Below, piece after piece: positions 15,066-32,359 of a stretch of DNA of 64,000 nucleotides (its first letter is position 1; each line of letters begins with the position of its first letter). Made by a program: the position numbers and the translations under genes. The DNA is from the human T2T-CHM13v2.0 reference genome, Homo sapiens. The stretch lies in NCBI RefSeq assembly GCF_009914755.1, contig NC_060930.1; one strand, 5' to 3'. The notes beneath the pieces were generated by a model. It searched no databases. It was not told the DNA's origin and was given only the letters and a program-made list of their open reading frames with translations.

Positions 15066-15267
15066 GCCCACACCGTTCAGTTATGGTAACCACAAGTCAC
15101 GTGTGGCTATTTACGTGAACAGTCATTAAAATTAAATGAAATTTAAAATGTAGTTCCTCAGGCATCCTAAACACATTTCAGGTACTCAGTAGCCACTGGT
15201 GGGTACCAGTGGCACAGTGCAGAAAACGAATTTTCTCTCAACACAGAACATTCTGCTGGTAGCACTG
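15066..15267. mobile_element. MER3-like hAT MITE
   Basis: gtaaccacaagtcacgtgtggctattt...aaattaaatgaaatttaaaatgtagttcctcag...cacatttcaggtactcagtagccac. Confidence 0.7.
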
Positions 15268-15499
15268 ATTTAAAGACTGGAAGCCCCAAGAAGACATGGG
15301 CCATGTCGGCAAGCGGGGGGGTTATTTTCCGTTGAACAGACTTTGAATGAGAACCAACTATGTGTAAGTCCTGATTTAAGCACAAGAGAGGATTTGTAAT
15401 CAAAACAAAATTCTTACCCTTAAGGATGTGTTGCTATTAATATTTCAGGTCTTTGTGGCTTTTCTAATGAATGAGGAAGTCGAGTACATTGCTCAAGGA

Positions 15500-15700
15500 T
15501 ATTAGCACGGAGTCAGAGCCACTTGTCTTTGAGTCTGATCTGAATGATATGGGTAAATTTACCTACTCACTCTGAGTCTTAGTTTCCTCATCTGTAAAAT
15601 GGGTACACTAGCAACTTCACAGGACTGTTGCAAAAACTTAATGAGGAAATTGATGTAAAGGGCATAACACAATGCCTGGCACAGTAGGTGTTCAAAAAGC
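15500..15700 (+). mobile_element. MIR
   Basis: tctgagtcttagtttcctcatctgtaaaatggg...acacaatgcctggcacagtaggtgttca. Confidence 0.8.
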
Positions 15701-16272
15701 TAGGCTCACCTTATTAAGATAAGAATCAGTTCACCAATTGCTAGTTTGTTCATATACTGGGAGATGTCCCCTGCTGTCTGGAATTTATTGATTTGCTATT
15801 AAGTCTCCATCTCAGGATGTTCCTAGAGGTGATCTGGTAAAATGCTACTAGTCATGCTCAAGGTGCCATAAGAATTCATTCCGTAATTCACATTTCAGAA
15901 TTAACTGCTCACATAATAATTTTAACATTCTTGCTGGTGTTGATTGCTATAATTACAGAGTCTTGGAGCTTGAAGAAATAGGGAAAAAATAGTTGAATTC
16001 ACCTCTTATAAAGAAAGTGAAACTCAGGGAGAGGGAGTGATTTGCCTAAAGTCACACAGCTATTTAGCGGCACAAGGACTAGAACCCGGGTCTCCAATCA
16101 CCCTACACAAAAGCTTAGCATTTCAACAAGTTTTCTTCACTCTCTAGCTGCTTGGCAGCTGCTCTGCCTCCCAAAGGAAAGTTACAATAAACTCTTGGTC
16201 ACCTATAAGGCAAATAAAGCTTCCTCATCTCTGGATGCCAAAGTAGGTGTTTATTTAAAATAACACAGAAGA

Positions 16273-17004
<732 letters not shown>

Positions 17005-17893
17005 TTACCTCTTTTCTCCCTAAAGCCACATCCTGGAAAGGTATTGTTTTCTCCTTTCTGTTATTCCATCTGGAGAGTGTTTGGTGTCATCTAAAAGAAG
17101 ATGAGGCAAAGGGTCTCCTTTTTTTTTCTGGTCATTGGATAGAAAAGAATCTTGTGCTTCACCCATTTTTAGTGAAATTTTTGACATGCTCAAATTTTGA
17201 TAGAAAGGGAACTGATGTTAAGAGAAATCACACTCGGGTACAAGGGAGGGAATAAAATCCTCAACTGGGTTTGAACTTTCCTACCAGAAAATAAAAGGTT
17301 TTCCAAAAGTGATAAATTTTACTCAACGGAAAATGAGGTTGTGAATAAAGAAAGCTTTTCTTTCCCCTTAAAAAACGACTTTTTCTTGCTTTCTTCTCCT
17401 TCAGAGTCCAAAACTTTCTTTATATTCCCATTAGAAAGCACAGAGAATGAAAATTACAGCCGAGTCTGGATTAGTCATAGGCTGCCTGGATCTTCTTCAT
17501 CCCCTGACATCTCCCAAGTCTCCATCCAATTACAGAGCTCAGGCCTGGGAGGGATAAGGTTCCCTCTCCTCACCCTCGTCCTTCTCTGGCAGAGGAAGGG
17601 AGGGAGGAGAAAAGTGAACAGCGGGAAGGACATTTCCCCCTGAACTGTGGCACTTCAAAGCCGAATAATAGAGAAAGTCCCTCAATCACCAATCGATTGA
17701 AATTACTAATGTGTGCAGACTTCAGATAGCCATATACATATTCAATTTCTCTGTCAGAAATTTTTTTTTTAAGAATTGAACAATCTAGTGCGTGAGTAGC
17801 AGGCAGCAATACAGTTCTGCCTTTGTAGGAGTCAGACATGCAGTTATAGACCAACAGCTTTGTAGAAGTGAGTGGAGTCATACTTGGGTTTGA

Positions 17894-18237
<344 letters not shown>

Positions 18238-20459
18238 TAATTTCTAAACTGTGATTGAATTTGTAACACAAGGCCCAGCCCTGCAACTGGACTCTGATTT
18301 AGACAATCATAAAGGGCTCATATTTCCTTTGGAATCTCATGGCATGTGGCATGTACAAACATGTCCCAACAGGAAGAGGAGGGAAGAGGAGGAAGTGTAT
18401 GGATAGTTAGATAAAGTATGGAAACTGTCATAAACTTGCCTCCCATCCCTTCCCGCTCCACACACACACAGAGTGATGAACTTCTTTTTCCCATATGATG
18501 ATAGCACTCATAACTGCTGGGGCCTTGCTCTGCGCTGAAGCACTCTGGATGTTCTGCAGAGCTATACAAAAATGGGAATTGATTTCTACTTGGATAAAGG
18601 TAACACGATTAAACCTGAAATTGGCTATGTGAGTATCATGACTTGTTTGGGATTAGGATAATTAAAGAGTAGAATTTCCTACCTGTTTGTGACGAGCTTT
18701 AGAGGACAGAATTCACTTGGGGAATCCCTGGGGACCTGTGGACGGATCTGGCACACCAGCAGTCAAGTTTTCCTCGGCTGTGTCTGAGGGGCCCAGCTCC
18801 CTTCCGGCCCCAGCAGGCCCAGCTGCCTGCAAGACCATGAAGGGAAGGCCCTGGAAGGTCTTGGGCCGCGTGGCCGGTGGCACTGGCTCCCTCTGGACAC
18901 TCGTGGCTCTCCCTGTGGCTCCACACCACTCATTTTGGCTCCATTAACTCAGCTCCCAGTTTTCCAAGAGTTGCATTAATTTATGAGATGGTTTGGACTC
19001 ACTCACTGGCCATGACCTTGGCCCTCACCCCAGGATATTATTTTCAGCATGTATCCTCTGGATCTCCCATTGCAACCATGGGCAGGAGGCGCTCATCCTT
19101 TCACGGCCCCACACCCAGCCCAGAGAGACAAAGGCCAGAGCAAATGGATTCCAGTCCCTGGACCCCAATTTCCAGTGAGGTCAGGGACCCAGGTGGGAAG
19201 TGAGCAGCGGGATGAAGTTGCAAGGGTGTCTCTGCTGCGCATCCCACTTTTACCATGATGTCCTGCATGCTTTTCTTCTGGAAGCACCAAAGGTCACTAC
19301 CCACTCCTCCTGCAGAGAAAGCTGGCACTCACTCAGGTTTTAATCCTTTGGAGGGACAAACATACACATGTAGCAATTTGAGAAGATGCACAAAGCTATG
19401 TGTGAGAAGTGCCTGTGAATGCAGTCAGATCACACAGTCACACAAAACACAAAAAGGCTTCACAAAGGAACAGGGCCAGAGGAACTGATGTCCTACAGCA
19501 GTGGGCTTCAACCAGTCTTGAAGGGTACAATGGACCTGGATGGACAGTAAGATAAATGGAGATGCATTGCATGTAGGTGGTACCCACATGAACCAGCGCA
19601 GAGCAGCTGGATCTAGCTGACACACTGAAGTAACCAAGTACAGAATGGAAGTCCCCCATGATAGGGCCACAAAGAACTCTGCACAATGGGCACAGGTATT
19701 GTCAAACAGACACAGGTTTCATAGTAGCGGAGAGTCACCCCAGAGAAAATTGCTCAAGAATGGAAGACTCTGCAAATAGACCTGAAAGGAAGAAGCAGAA
19801 CATGTATACTAGTATAGTATCAAAGAATCTGTATTTGTGTTGTTATTCTTCTGTGGTTTCTTTAGGTAATATTCTAAAACATAGTCAACCGTGTGTGCAT
19901 TATAAATAATGTATTTTGTAATTTACATTTTTCTAATTGAAAAAATTTCAGGGATCACCCCAAGTAAATCTCATGCATGATTTAACAGGTGATGAATACA
20001 ATTTTATCTATTTAAAAAATCTCTGAAATAGTGCTGTTTCTCAACCAAACAGAGCTAGAGAGTGGCCTTAATCCTTGCTTCCGAACTTTCATGAGATTAT
20101 AACCTACCTAGAATGGTTTGCGTTACAGGAACTGACCAAATGCAGGGAGAGAACCAGAATAACTTAGTTTACCTTTCATTGGTATCGCACTTTAAACTTT
20201 GAAAGGCCACTTTAAATCTATTCTGTAATCTGTTCCTCACATCACCACGTAAGGCAGGGGCAGGTTTTATTTTTGCCGCTTGACAGAGAGCATAATCAAT
20301 TTCCTAAGGGCTCCCTCACTAGAGAGTGGCAAGAAGAAGGCCAGACCTTGGGTCAACCCTCTTTTGCGTGAGCATTTATTGCTTTCACAACCTTGTACCC
20401 TTCCTCTTTTCTGAGGACACCACCTCTCTTCTTCAGGAAGACTGCTTCTCTCACACTCT

Positions 20460-21180
<721 letters not shown>

Positions 21181-21183
21181 AAA

Positions 21184-21490
<307 letters not shown>

Positions 21491-21949
21491 AAAACAGTTG
21501 TAAGAAATCTATCTGTCCTCAAGGTTATGCTGCAATATCACTTCTATCCACTTCAATACCATTTTCATATGTGAAGAAATATAGGCTCATTAAAGACAAA
21601 CAGGTCACCCCAAATCCTACATTGAGTTACTGGTATAATTATGTTACTCACCACTGCATGTTATTTGGATCCTATATATGTAATCAGTAAAATTTCACAT
21701 CCACTACCTCCTTTGATTTTCATGACAAAATGGAAACAGATGGAACAAGCATTGTTAGCTGTAATTTTAGATGAGAAAAGTAAGGTTTAGAGAAGTGAGG
21801 TGACTTCCCCACTGTCAATCAGCCTGTGAAGAAATAGGACTTGAAGCAATGTTCATTCTAACCATACCTCATTATACATCTGTACATACACACAAACACA
21901 CAGACACATGTGCACACACAGGTTCATTTCAATAAAGAATAAAAATAAA

Positions 21950-22514
<565 letters not shown>

Positions 22515-24038
22515 CTAATGCAAAGATTAATTTTGGGAAACCTCCAGAATTACATCATGTGATTAGTTCACAGTTTAGAAGCCTTTGGTGGAATTACATT
22601 CATGCAAACAAATTCCATTCACATAGTTCAGGGAAGCTGAATGATTTTATAGATGAATTATCCTTAAAATGTAAGGTTATGTAAGTCTTACTCCTCATTT
22701 TCTTCCTGATATCGAGCTTAAACAGTCAAGAAAAGCCAAGATCTGGCACTCAGTTTTTTATGGAAAAATCGATGGCAGATACTAAAATGGTGGAAAGAAG
22801 GCTGCCACTAAGCTAAAGTACAGCAACTTTTTAAATGACATAAATGCTCCTTGAAGGCAAGTAGCCAAGGTTGGTAGTCTCCAAATGTCATCTGTGCTGG
22901 TTTCCATGTCTTTGTGCAATGCTGTACAGGGGTGAACTGAGTAAAAGGCTAGAATGGATCTGTGGTTTTCAAGTTGCATTTTTGTTGTTGTTGTTTTAGG
23001 GAGTGACACATACAAAACTATTAAAGGTGGACATAGTAGGAGTCAGGGAGGGAATGCGGAAGCCCAGGGCTCTTCCATAGCCTCCAGGTGAAATGAGTTC
23101 TGTGACTCACTTGAAGTGTTTATGACACAATATTAGCTGCCTTTACCATACGCTTAAATATTGATTACAGTAAAATGATTGTAACATAAAACATCACTCA
23201 GTGGGACTCCTTCCTTAGGTTATGAAAATTCAGATTTAAGATTCAACTATGTAGATAACACAATAAACCAAAAATAATTAAGCGAACTCATTACAAATTT
23301 GGAAAATAAAATGTTTGTTTGTTTGTTTGTTTTTTCCTCCAGCTGAATTGACTGGTTGTTTGTCGGTATGGACAAAATAAAATGATTATTTCATTGTGAG
23401 AATACTTCTTGGACAGCTTCTCCCATTTACAAGCCAACTCTTTTCAGACGAGCTTGTACACGTACACACTGTCAGAGAACAGAGGAAGACAGGTCAGGGT
23501 AGTTTTGAATTTGGCATTTAGCCAGTAAACTTTTAATTTCATTTTGGATTCAGGCTTAGCTGTGAAACATGTATGTCTCAGTCTAGGGCAGTAACAGTTT
23601 CAGGCTGGAGAAATCTCACAATGCATAACTGCCACTCCCAGTGTCTCCATGGAAACAGCTGGGGGCTGGTCTGCCAGTTCCTATCATGTTTGAGAACCAT
23701 GTGTAATCACTTTGGAATAGGCAGTATTTTTAAACTTTGCAGTGAGTTGGGTGAAAGCTTCAGGGATCAAATATTTGAAAATGTCTGAGGAGTAAAAATC
23801 ATGCCATGAGATAAAGCTTTGTGAGAAAGAGACAACGCAAAACGGTCACTTTTAATATTTCAATTCTGAGTTAAGACTTCATATAGATATTTTCATTTAT
23901 TCCTTGCCATTTTAATACAGATTCGGATAGGTTCTTGTTTGAGAAAAGAGGTTCTGCAAAGCTTTTCTACTTACATGAAACTCCATGGTAATGACGCTGT
24001 ACTGGAAAAAAGAGAGGTTAGATAAAAGATGAGGTCTC

Positions 24039-24382
<344 letters not shown>

Positions 24383-25329
24383 CTAAATGTTGCTTAGATT
24401 TTGTGTGTATTTAGTTGTATTTAAAAAGGTAAATGAGAAATCATTTGTATACTGGTTTCTGAAAGATATATTTGAGTTTATTAAAACTTTCAGATTTTTT
24501 GTACTTTACTCAATGCATGACTATTTCACTGAAATTCTCACGTTTTTGTTTTGGTGTCAGGAGAGGCACTGTTTTGACAGTATTTGCACATGGGATTTAC
24601 CTCCATCCTTGGATATATTTCTGTGACACCAGAGCAGTTTCCATGAAGGCCCTGGAAGGGAAATTTTCAATCAACAAACAGCAAAGGATCCCACTGACCA
24701 TGGGCACACTTTTTTTCTTAACAAATATTATTGCTGATGTCTTATCACATAATCAACTCATTATAGAAATTACGGCTAAGCAAAATAAAATGAAACCACA
24801 CTAATAAGATAAAAATTCTATGTTTTTCTATTTAAAATAAAAATATTACTATAACTTTACCCTTTCATGATTATTTACATAAAATAAATTCCCAGAAGTG
24901 AAATTATAGCCCCCCAACACAACCTAAATCTTTTGATAACTATTACCAAACTGCCTTGCAGAAATCTCCTATCAATTTATAGTATTATCATCAGTATATG
25001 AGAATGTCTGTTTCCTCTCCTTGTTAACCATGGATAATATAATTAAAACATACTTTTCCATTTTATAGGTAAAAAAATAGTTTTGTGTTAGTTTCATTTT
25101 CATGGATAAACTTCGACACTGAACAAAGTTTGTCCCCAGCTCCCTCTGCCCTGCTGGTCATTTCTCTTGTGTGCTACCTTACACCTCCCCATTCCCTAAA
25201 AAAACCCCTGTATCTTGGCTTTCAGGGAACCCTATTCCAGTACATTCTAGTATGTGCCTCCACAGAACACTGTTGCAAGGGCCTGACCTTTTCCTTCCTT
25301 TGTGGATTCTGTGTTTTAAAATAGAGCTG

Positions 25330-25675
<346 letters not shown>

Positions 25676-27901
25676 TTATTCCAACCTCTAATTTTAGTCA
25701 GAGGTTAGCACTTGATAATGCCATCCACCCAGAAGATATATATGTATATATATACTCACGTATATACTATCTATATATTAAAGGTTAATAACTTTAATTA
25801 ACTCAGCAAAATTAAACTTTAATTTTAATTCTTAAAATTTCCATGACTAATATTTTTGTTAAAAGAATTAAAGTCCACTGGCTCGGAACATATTTTTAGC
25901 CAAGAAAGCCTTCTTGGAGACCCTCAGCTTACTCCACGCAGATCAGGACCATCCACTGTGCACGGTTAAAAGGCCAACTCCACCGTTTTCTGTTGAGTGT
26001 CAGCTGGGAGGAAGCCAGTCTCTGTCTAGACCTGTTGATGGATGTGGGGTGGTCCCTTCACACAAGGCAGCAATGCCTACCCCAGAGCCAGGAGCCACTT
26101 GAAGTGTGGGACACAGTTGAGCTCAGTAATCCACCATCAGTAGAGGTAATAGTTCTGTTTATGTATAGATATTTATTTATGCATAAAATGATGACTAAGA
26201 GTGTGTGTGTGCATTTAATTTACTTGATCAAAGCCATCCAACATTCACACAAAAATATTTACTGAATACCCCCACTGATTCCCAGAGTTTTCTACAAAAT
26301 GCCCTTCTGAAATACCTTCCAAGCAATGCATTACCTCCCCCAGGAGGAATCTGGAACAATTTTTTGAACTCTTTCACTAACTTTTTCTTTAAAAAATGTA
26401 GATACAGTTTTCTTTAAACTTAGATAGAGCCAGGTACCTATTCATTCAGACAAGTCAGTAATAAATGACTAGGAAATAACGCTGAGTATGACAATTCCCT
26501 GTCAGTGTAGCAGATGAAAGAAAACACTTTCTGTGTGAACATTCCATCTTAGTTTTTATTGATGAAACATAAAGACACCTTGGTTGTAAGCTAAGAATGT
26601 GTAATGCTGATTACAACAATAGTTACATAAATAGACCAGAGTCGGTTATTTATGGGGACTTCAAATAACAGATTTTGTTTGGAGTGGGGTCTGGGATGGA
26701 GAATAGAGTACGTTCTGTACTTTCATGTGAAAGAAATATTATCAACAACTAATTTTCAGTTTGTCACAAAATGCATAGGGAAGCCTTCCGTATGCTTCAG
26801 GGAAGTTGGAGATTTATTTCTGCTTTGCCTCCCTTCAGCTAGAGAAGCAGTGTGGGCCTGAAGCAGGATTTCCCAATCTTTTTGTACCCTGTGAGGATGG
26901 ATGAAGAGAGCTACGCTAATTATTCATTGCTTGAATCAAGAAGGAATTTTTGAAAATAACAAAATCTTCATATTTTAGTATATTAAGATCTAGAAATGAA
27001 AACCAGTATCCGTTGATGGGTTATATTAAAAAAACACACACACAGAAAAAATACACTTTTCAACCTACTGTCATGATACACAAATTTGAAAGTTAGTGAC
27101 AGAGCCCTGGGCCCTTCCGGACCAGGGTCTGATGGGCTGCTTGGGCATTCTGTGTTCACTGAGAACAGAAAGGAAGGGGCAGGCGAGGGAGATGATTAAA
27201 GGTTGGAAAGATGACTGTTGCTGGCAGTGTGATATTAAGGCCATTAACTGAGGTGTCTGCACCTCAGTTCCAGTGTGCTAATATATTATCCTATCTGTTA
27301 AAATATCATAAAGATTACCTATAATTAAAGATGATTTACACTGTAAGCCATAACTCGATATAATTTCATGCAAACACATTTAGGGTGAATTCATCTTAAA
27401 GTGGAATTTAGCTAGCCTAATGAAAACAGCATCTAAAAGCCACAGAAGAGACAGAGGGAAAAAGACAGCGAAAACGGCGGTATAATACAAACCCTAACAA
27501 CTCCTTCTGGGATCCAGACTCACATGATCTGTGGTGAAGGAATTTGCCTAAAGCCCTGCTTAAACAAACTATTGATGAGTTCTTTATTTTCAAATTTACA
27601 ACTTATTTCCAACATTTAAACTCTGTCCTTAACTTTTTCTTCACCACTGGGAAGAGCCAGGCCAGGCAGTTCTGCGTTTGCAATGGCCTTGTCTTATTTT
27701 ACATTGGGACTGACTGGAAACAACAGTTAGATTTGCAACTCCAGAAAGCAAAGATGAAACTTTGTACTTTCTTTTGTATCAAGCTGTACCATTTATTTCT
27801 CCCCTGGCAACAGATTTCAAATCTCTCCTCCTCCCCCTCTCTCCTTCCTTCCTTTTCATGGGAACTGCTTGGTGAGTGCCGAAGGAGGATCTGACAAAGC
27901 T

Positions 27902-27904
<3 letters not shown>

Positions 27905-27941
<37 letters not shown>

Positions 27942-27990
27942 GTGCGTGTGTGTGTGCATGTGCGTGCCTGGTTTCTGTGTCGGTGTGTGC
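27905..27990. repeat. (TG)17 microsatellite plus degenerate TG/CG extension
   Basis: Pure TG from 27905 to 27938, then interrupted. Confidence 0.93.
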
Positions 27991-28464
27991 AGGCACGCAT
28001 TAATTAACGTAATTCCTCAACATCCAACAAGAGCTCATCAGAAACCCGGGAGAAAAAGCCTCATGCATATTTAGATGAGACTTCTACCTTCCAACCGGCG
28101 TGAAAAGAGTATTTAGAGGGGAGTTGGTCTGGGCTAATCTGCATGTGAATCAGGGGGGTGGACAAAAGGATGAAAAGGTGGTGGAAACTCGAACACAAAC
28201 CCTGCGGTCTCCAGGGGGTCATTCATCTTGCCCCGGTCGACATCCTCGCGGCCTGGCTTCCTTCTGCGCATGAGCGAACAGAGCCTTTTCCCAAAGACAG
28301 TTGGCAAAGGGTGCGTGTGCTTTGTTCTGTCGGGCACTTTTTTAAGAAACAAAATTTCTTTACCCGTTCTATTTGACTGACTTCTTCAGGCTTCTTAGCT
28401 GCTGCTATCCATAGGAATGATGCAACTATTATTTAGTAATTTATACAAATATACAAGACAGAAA

Positions 28465-28650
28465 TTCATTGTGATAAAATATACTTAAAAATTACCATAT
28501 GACCATTTTAAAGTGTACAATTCATTGGCATTAACTACATATACAATGTTGTGTAACCATCACCAACGATTTCCAGAACTTTGTCATTATCCCCAGCAGA
28601 AATCCTGAATACTTTAAACAGGAACTCCCAGCCCTCCCCTCCCCACAACA
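28465..28650 (-). mobile_element. L1MB-like 3' end fragment
   Basis: ccattttaaagtgtacaattca.tggcatt...caatgttgtgtaaccatcacca...ttccagaac. Confidence 0.75.
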
Positions 28651-30565
28651 TGAACAAGATTGATTAGGACTCTGTTCTTAGAGACTCTTCACGGAGTTAG
28701 TCTCCTGACATTTGATTTCGGAGGAGCTGGGGTGTGCAGAGCAAGGGAGAGTGAAGGAAGCCAAAGTTCAACAGATGAGAGGAGGGTAGGAAAGTCTTTT
28801 TTCCTTAGCGTGGTTTCACTGGAATAATGAACTCAGAGCCTGGAGATGAATATGGAGAAAGAAAACCTCAATGTCAAATGGCCAGGCTGGTTTTCACCAG
28901 CATGAAAGACGAGGAGAGTGACAAAGTTAAGCAACTTTTGAAAATTTTCTATTTTGATAAGGGATTGGTTTATACAAGTAAGAATTTCAAAATAAAATCC
29001 AAAACAAAATTAAAAAATACAAGCCTGGTATTCTAGTGTTTGAGACACAAGTGGAATATACACTTTACAGAACTAGCCCATCAAATATTTGGGGATAGCC
29101 TGTATTTAATCAAAAGACTAAAGCGAAGGCTGGGAGGATAGTCTGTATAACTAATGGTAAAAATTAATTTATGTTTCTGATTTTGTAAATCTCTGGGGTT
29201 GCAACTATGTTGCTTTAAATGAAAAACAGATAAAAATATCATTAATTAAATTCTAGTACAAGGAAACACATTGTGAAGGAAATTTGCAGATTTCCAAACT
29301 CCCCAAATTCACCATTTACTTTTAAAAATCTTTAATAGGACAAAAGTTCAGCACAATAAAACAAAGGGGCAGTTCTACTGAGTTTGTGCTAATGGGACCT
29401 TGTTTGTTCTAGTGTATATAGCAAGACTCCTTTCCTAAGAAGGAGTATTATCCATGGAGACCACGTGTGAGTGACTAATACTCTTCTCCCCTCAGTGGAA
29501 GCCATGCCTGTTACAGTCACTGATTATTTAAGGAATTTTAATATTTTATGTAATGTGAAGATGAGATTATCGAGACAGCTCTCAAGGCAGGTGTTAGAGG
29601 GAGTGGGGCTGAGGCCCAGGGAACTGGAGGTAATGGGCAAAGCTGGTAAGTTGGGAAGTACTGGGAAAACTGGCTTTAATCAGCTTAAACACAAAGGAGG
29701 CTTATTACCCAGGTAACTGAGGAAGGTGAATCAAACATTAATGGATGCTGGAGTTGAAACGACGCCCTAAGGAACTGTTCTTCCACATTGGCTCTGCTTC
29801 CCCTGTGCTGGCTTCTTTCTTTGAAAGAATCCATAGGATATCTGCATCCTCTAAAGCCAGCAATCTCACCCAAAAGGAGAGATCCCCTTCTCCTGAATGC
29901 TTCAGCAATAATTGATTAGGCCACAATAACTGATTATGGGTCAAGAGGCTGCCCCAGAACTGATCATGTGGCCAATGGCTCGGAGCCTCGGCTGTGTGTG
30001 CACTGCCTGCCAACTTGGTGGTGCAGAAATTAAGCCACAGCAAATCATGTTGTAGATTCTCACATAAGAGAGGGAGTTTCTTACGGGGAGGAGGAGGAGG
30101 AAGTAGAACCTGCTGGGCAGACCACAGCTGTATCTCCCACAAGGCACTGCAAGGCTGGCCCTTCCCTGAGCTCTGGACACACACGTGTTAGTAAAAGCTG
30201 GCTAGGCTGCTCGCCAAGTGTGTGAAGGCTTGTTTCTTATTTACGCAACGGAACCGTGCAGTGGACGGGCCTGAAGGATGACCTTCTCCATGCTCTCATT
30301 TTGGGACTCACATCTTCAACACATCTCCTTTCCCTCTAGCCTGAATGAGACAGCTGATGGTGAAGGCAGGGGCCGGATTTGTAGGCCAGGCTGGAAGGAG
30401 TACAGCTCCTATTCCACTGGCTGGCACTCAGACACATGGCCATATGGGAGGTGGGAAATGGAAATAGTTATGTGCCCAAGAGCAAGAGAAAACCAATTTT
30501 GAACTGCTATCAATCTTTGCCTCTTCCCACTACTCTGCAAATGGGTCAAAAATCTAGAGGCACTT

Positions 30566-31100
<535 letters not shown>

Positions 31101-31941
31101 CACACAGGATTACTTTTGAGAGGACTGCGTGAGATGATGTTTGAAAGGCCCAGATTGTGCCGGGCACATGGAAAGCGCTCAAACAGTGCGAGTCATATTA
31201 TTAATATGTTCCTCAGGTGAAGCACTGTGCCGCGAAGGAAGGCTGTTCTGGAGGTAGAGCTTTGAAGCTGAAAGACGGATGTTCACAGAAGCAGGCTCCA
31301 TAATGTTGTTCTCTACTGAGTCTGCATGACTACTAAGGAGACTAGATCCACAGATTAAATTAGAACAACTGTTGTACCAGCCCAGGGCCATGGAGGGCAC
31401 GACCAGCCATCCCCGCTGACTGCACCCACGGTTTCCCCGGGCAAGACCTTCTTTCCTCCTTCCCCCTGTGGCAATTCCCTTCTGGTCTTGTCCAGTCTGA
31501 CTCTTGTCAGCTCCTCTAGGAGTCTTCTCTCCACAGCCTCTCCCTGTTCTAGTCCTCAGGTGGAGTTAGTTGCTTCTCATCCAACATTCCCACAGGAGAC
31601 CAAGGATAGTCCCATTGCAAGACCTAGCTCATTGCTCTGTAATTTTTGGTACTTGCCCTCTTTACCACTCTGCAGAATTCCTGGAAGGCAGAGACAATTA
31701 CTTCCCGTTGTACCCCCAATGCCTCACATTGTGCATGATGAAAGGAGGCAGTCTAAAGGTAGTCTATTTTTTTAAGAAAGAATAAAAATCAGTGAGCAGA
31801 TTGATTTTTTAAAAAAGACATTAATAAGAATTATAATAAGAACCAGTTTTTATTGAGCAATCACTGTATTCCAGGCATAGGTCGGGGGTTATCATTGCCC
31901 AATGTCATCCTCATGGTAGCATGATAAAATGGGCATTATTA

Positions 31942-32359
31942 TGTAAACCAAAAAGTTTTGGAGACAGGTCTCAATCAATTTAGAAGTTTATTTTCCCAAG
32001 GTTAAGGACATGCCCAGAAGAAATAAACATGGAATCACAGAAACAATCTGTGGTGTGTGCCTTTCTCCAATCTTGATTTTGAGGGCTTCAATATTTAAAG
32101 GGGAAAAGAGAAAAGGAGCAGGTAGGGGAATCGTCGTTACGTATTCCTCTCTACTCAGTAAATCGTGCTCAGTAAATTGGCAATTTATGTAACATAAGGT
32201 GAACACTGAGAAGCTACCTGTGGAGATGTTGAAGCTTTTATCTGTAGCTCTCTGCTTAGGAACAAAAGGAAAGGCCGCATCTTGCATGACTCAGCTTTCA
32301 GCTTAATTTTTCTTTTGGCAGAGTGAATTGTGGTCCCGATTTTTAATTTCCCTTTCACA
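31942..32359 (-). mobile_element. ERV1 MER4-group solo LTR inserted in a MIR
   Basis: TG...CA termini. The minus strand begins TGTGAAAGGGAAATTAAAA (MER4-type). 4-bp TSD atta. MIR sequence continues on both sides. Confidence 0.85.

Noticed and set aside
29460-30190. Possible old LTR relic
   Set aside because: Only vague MaLR-like similarity, with no termini or TSD that I could identify.
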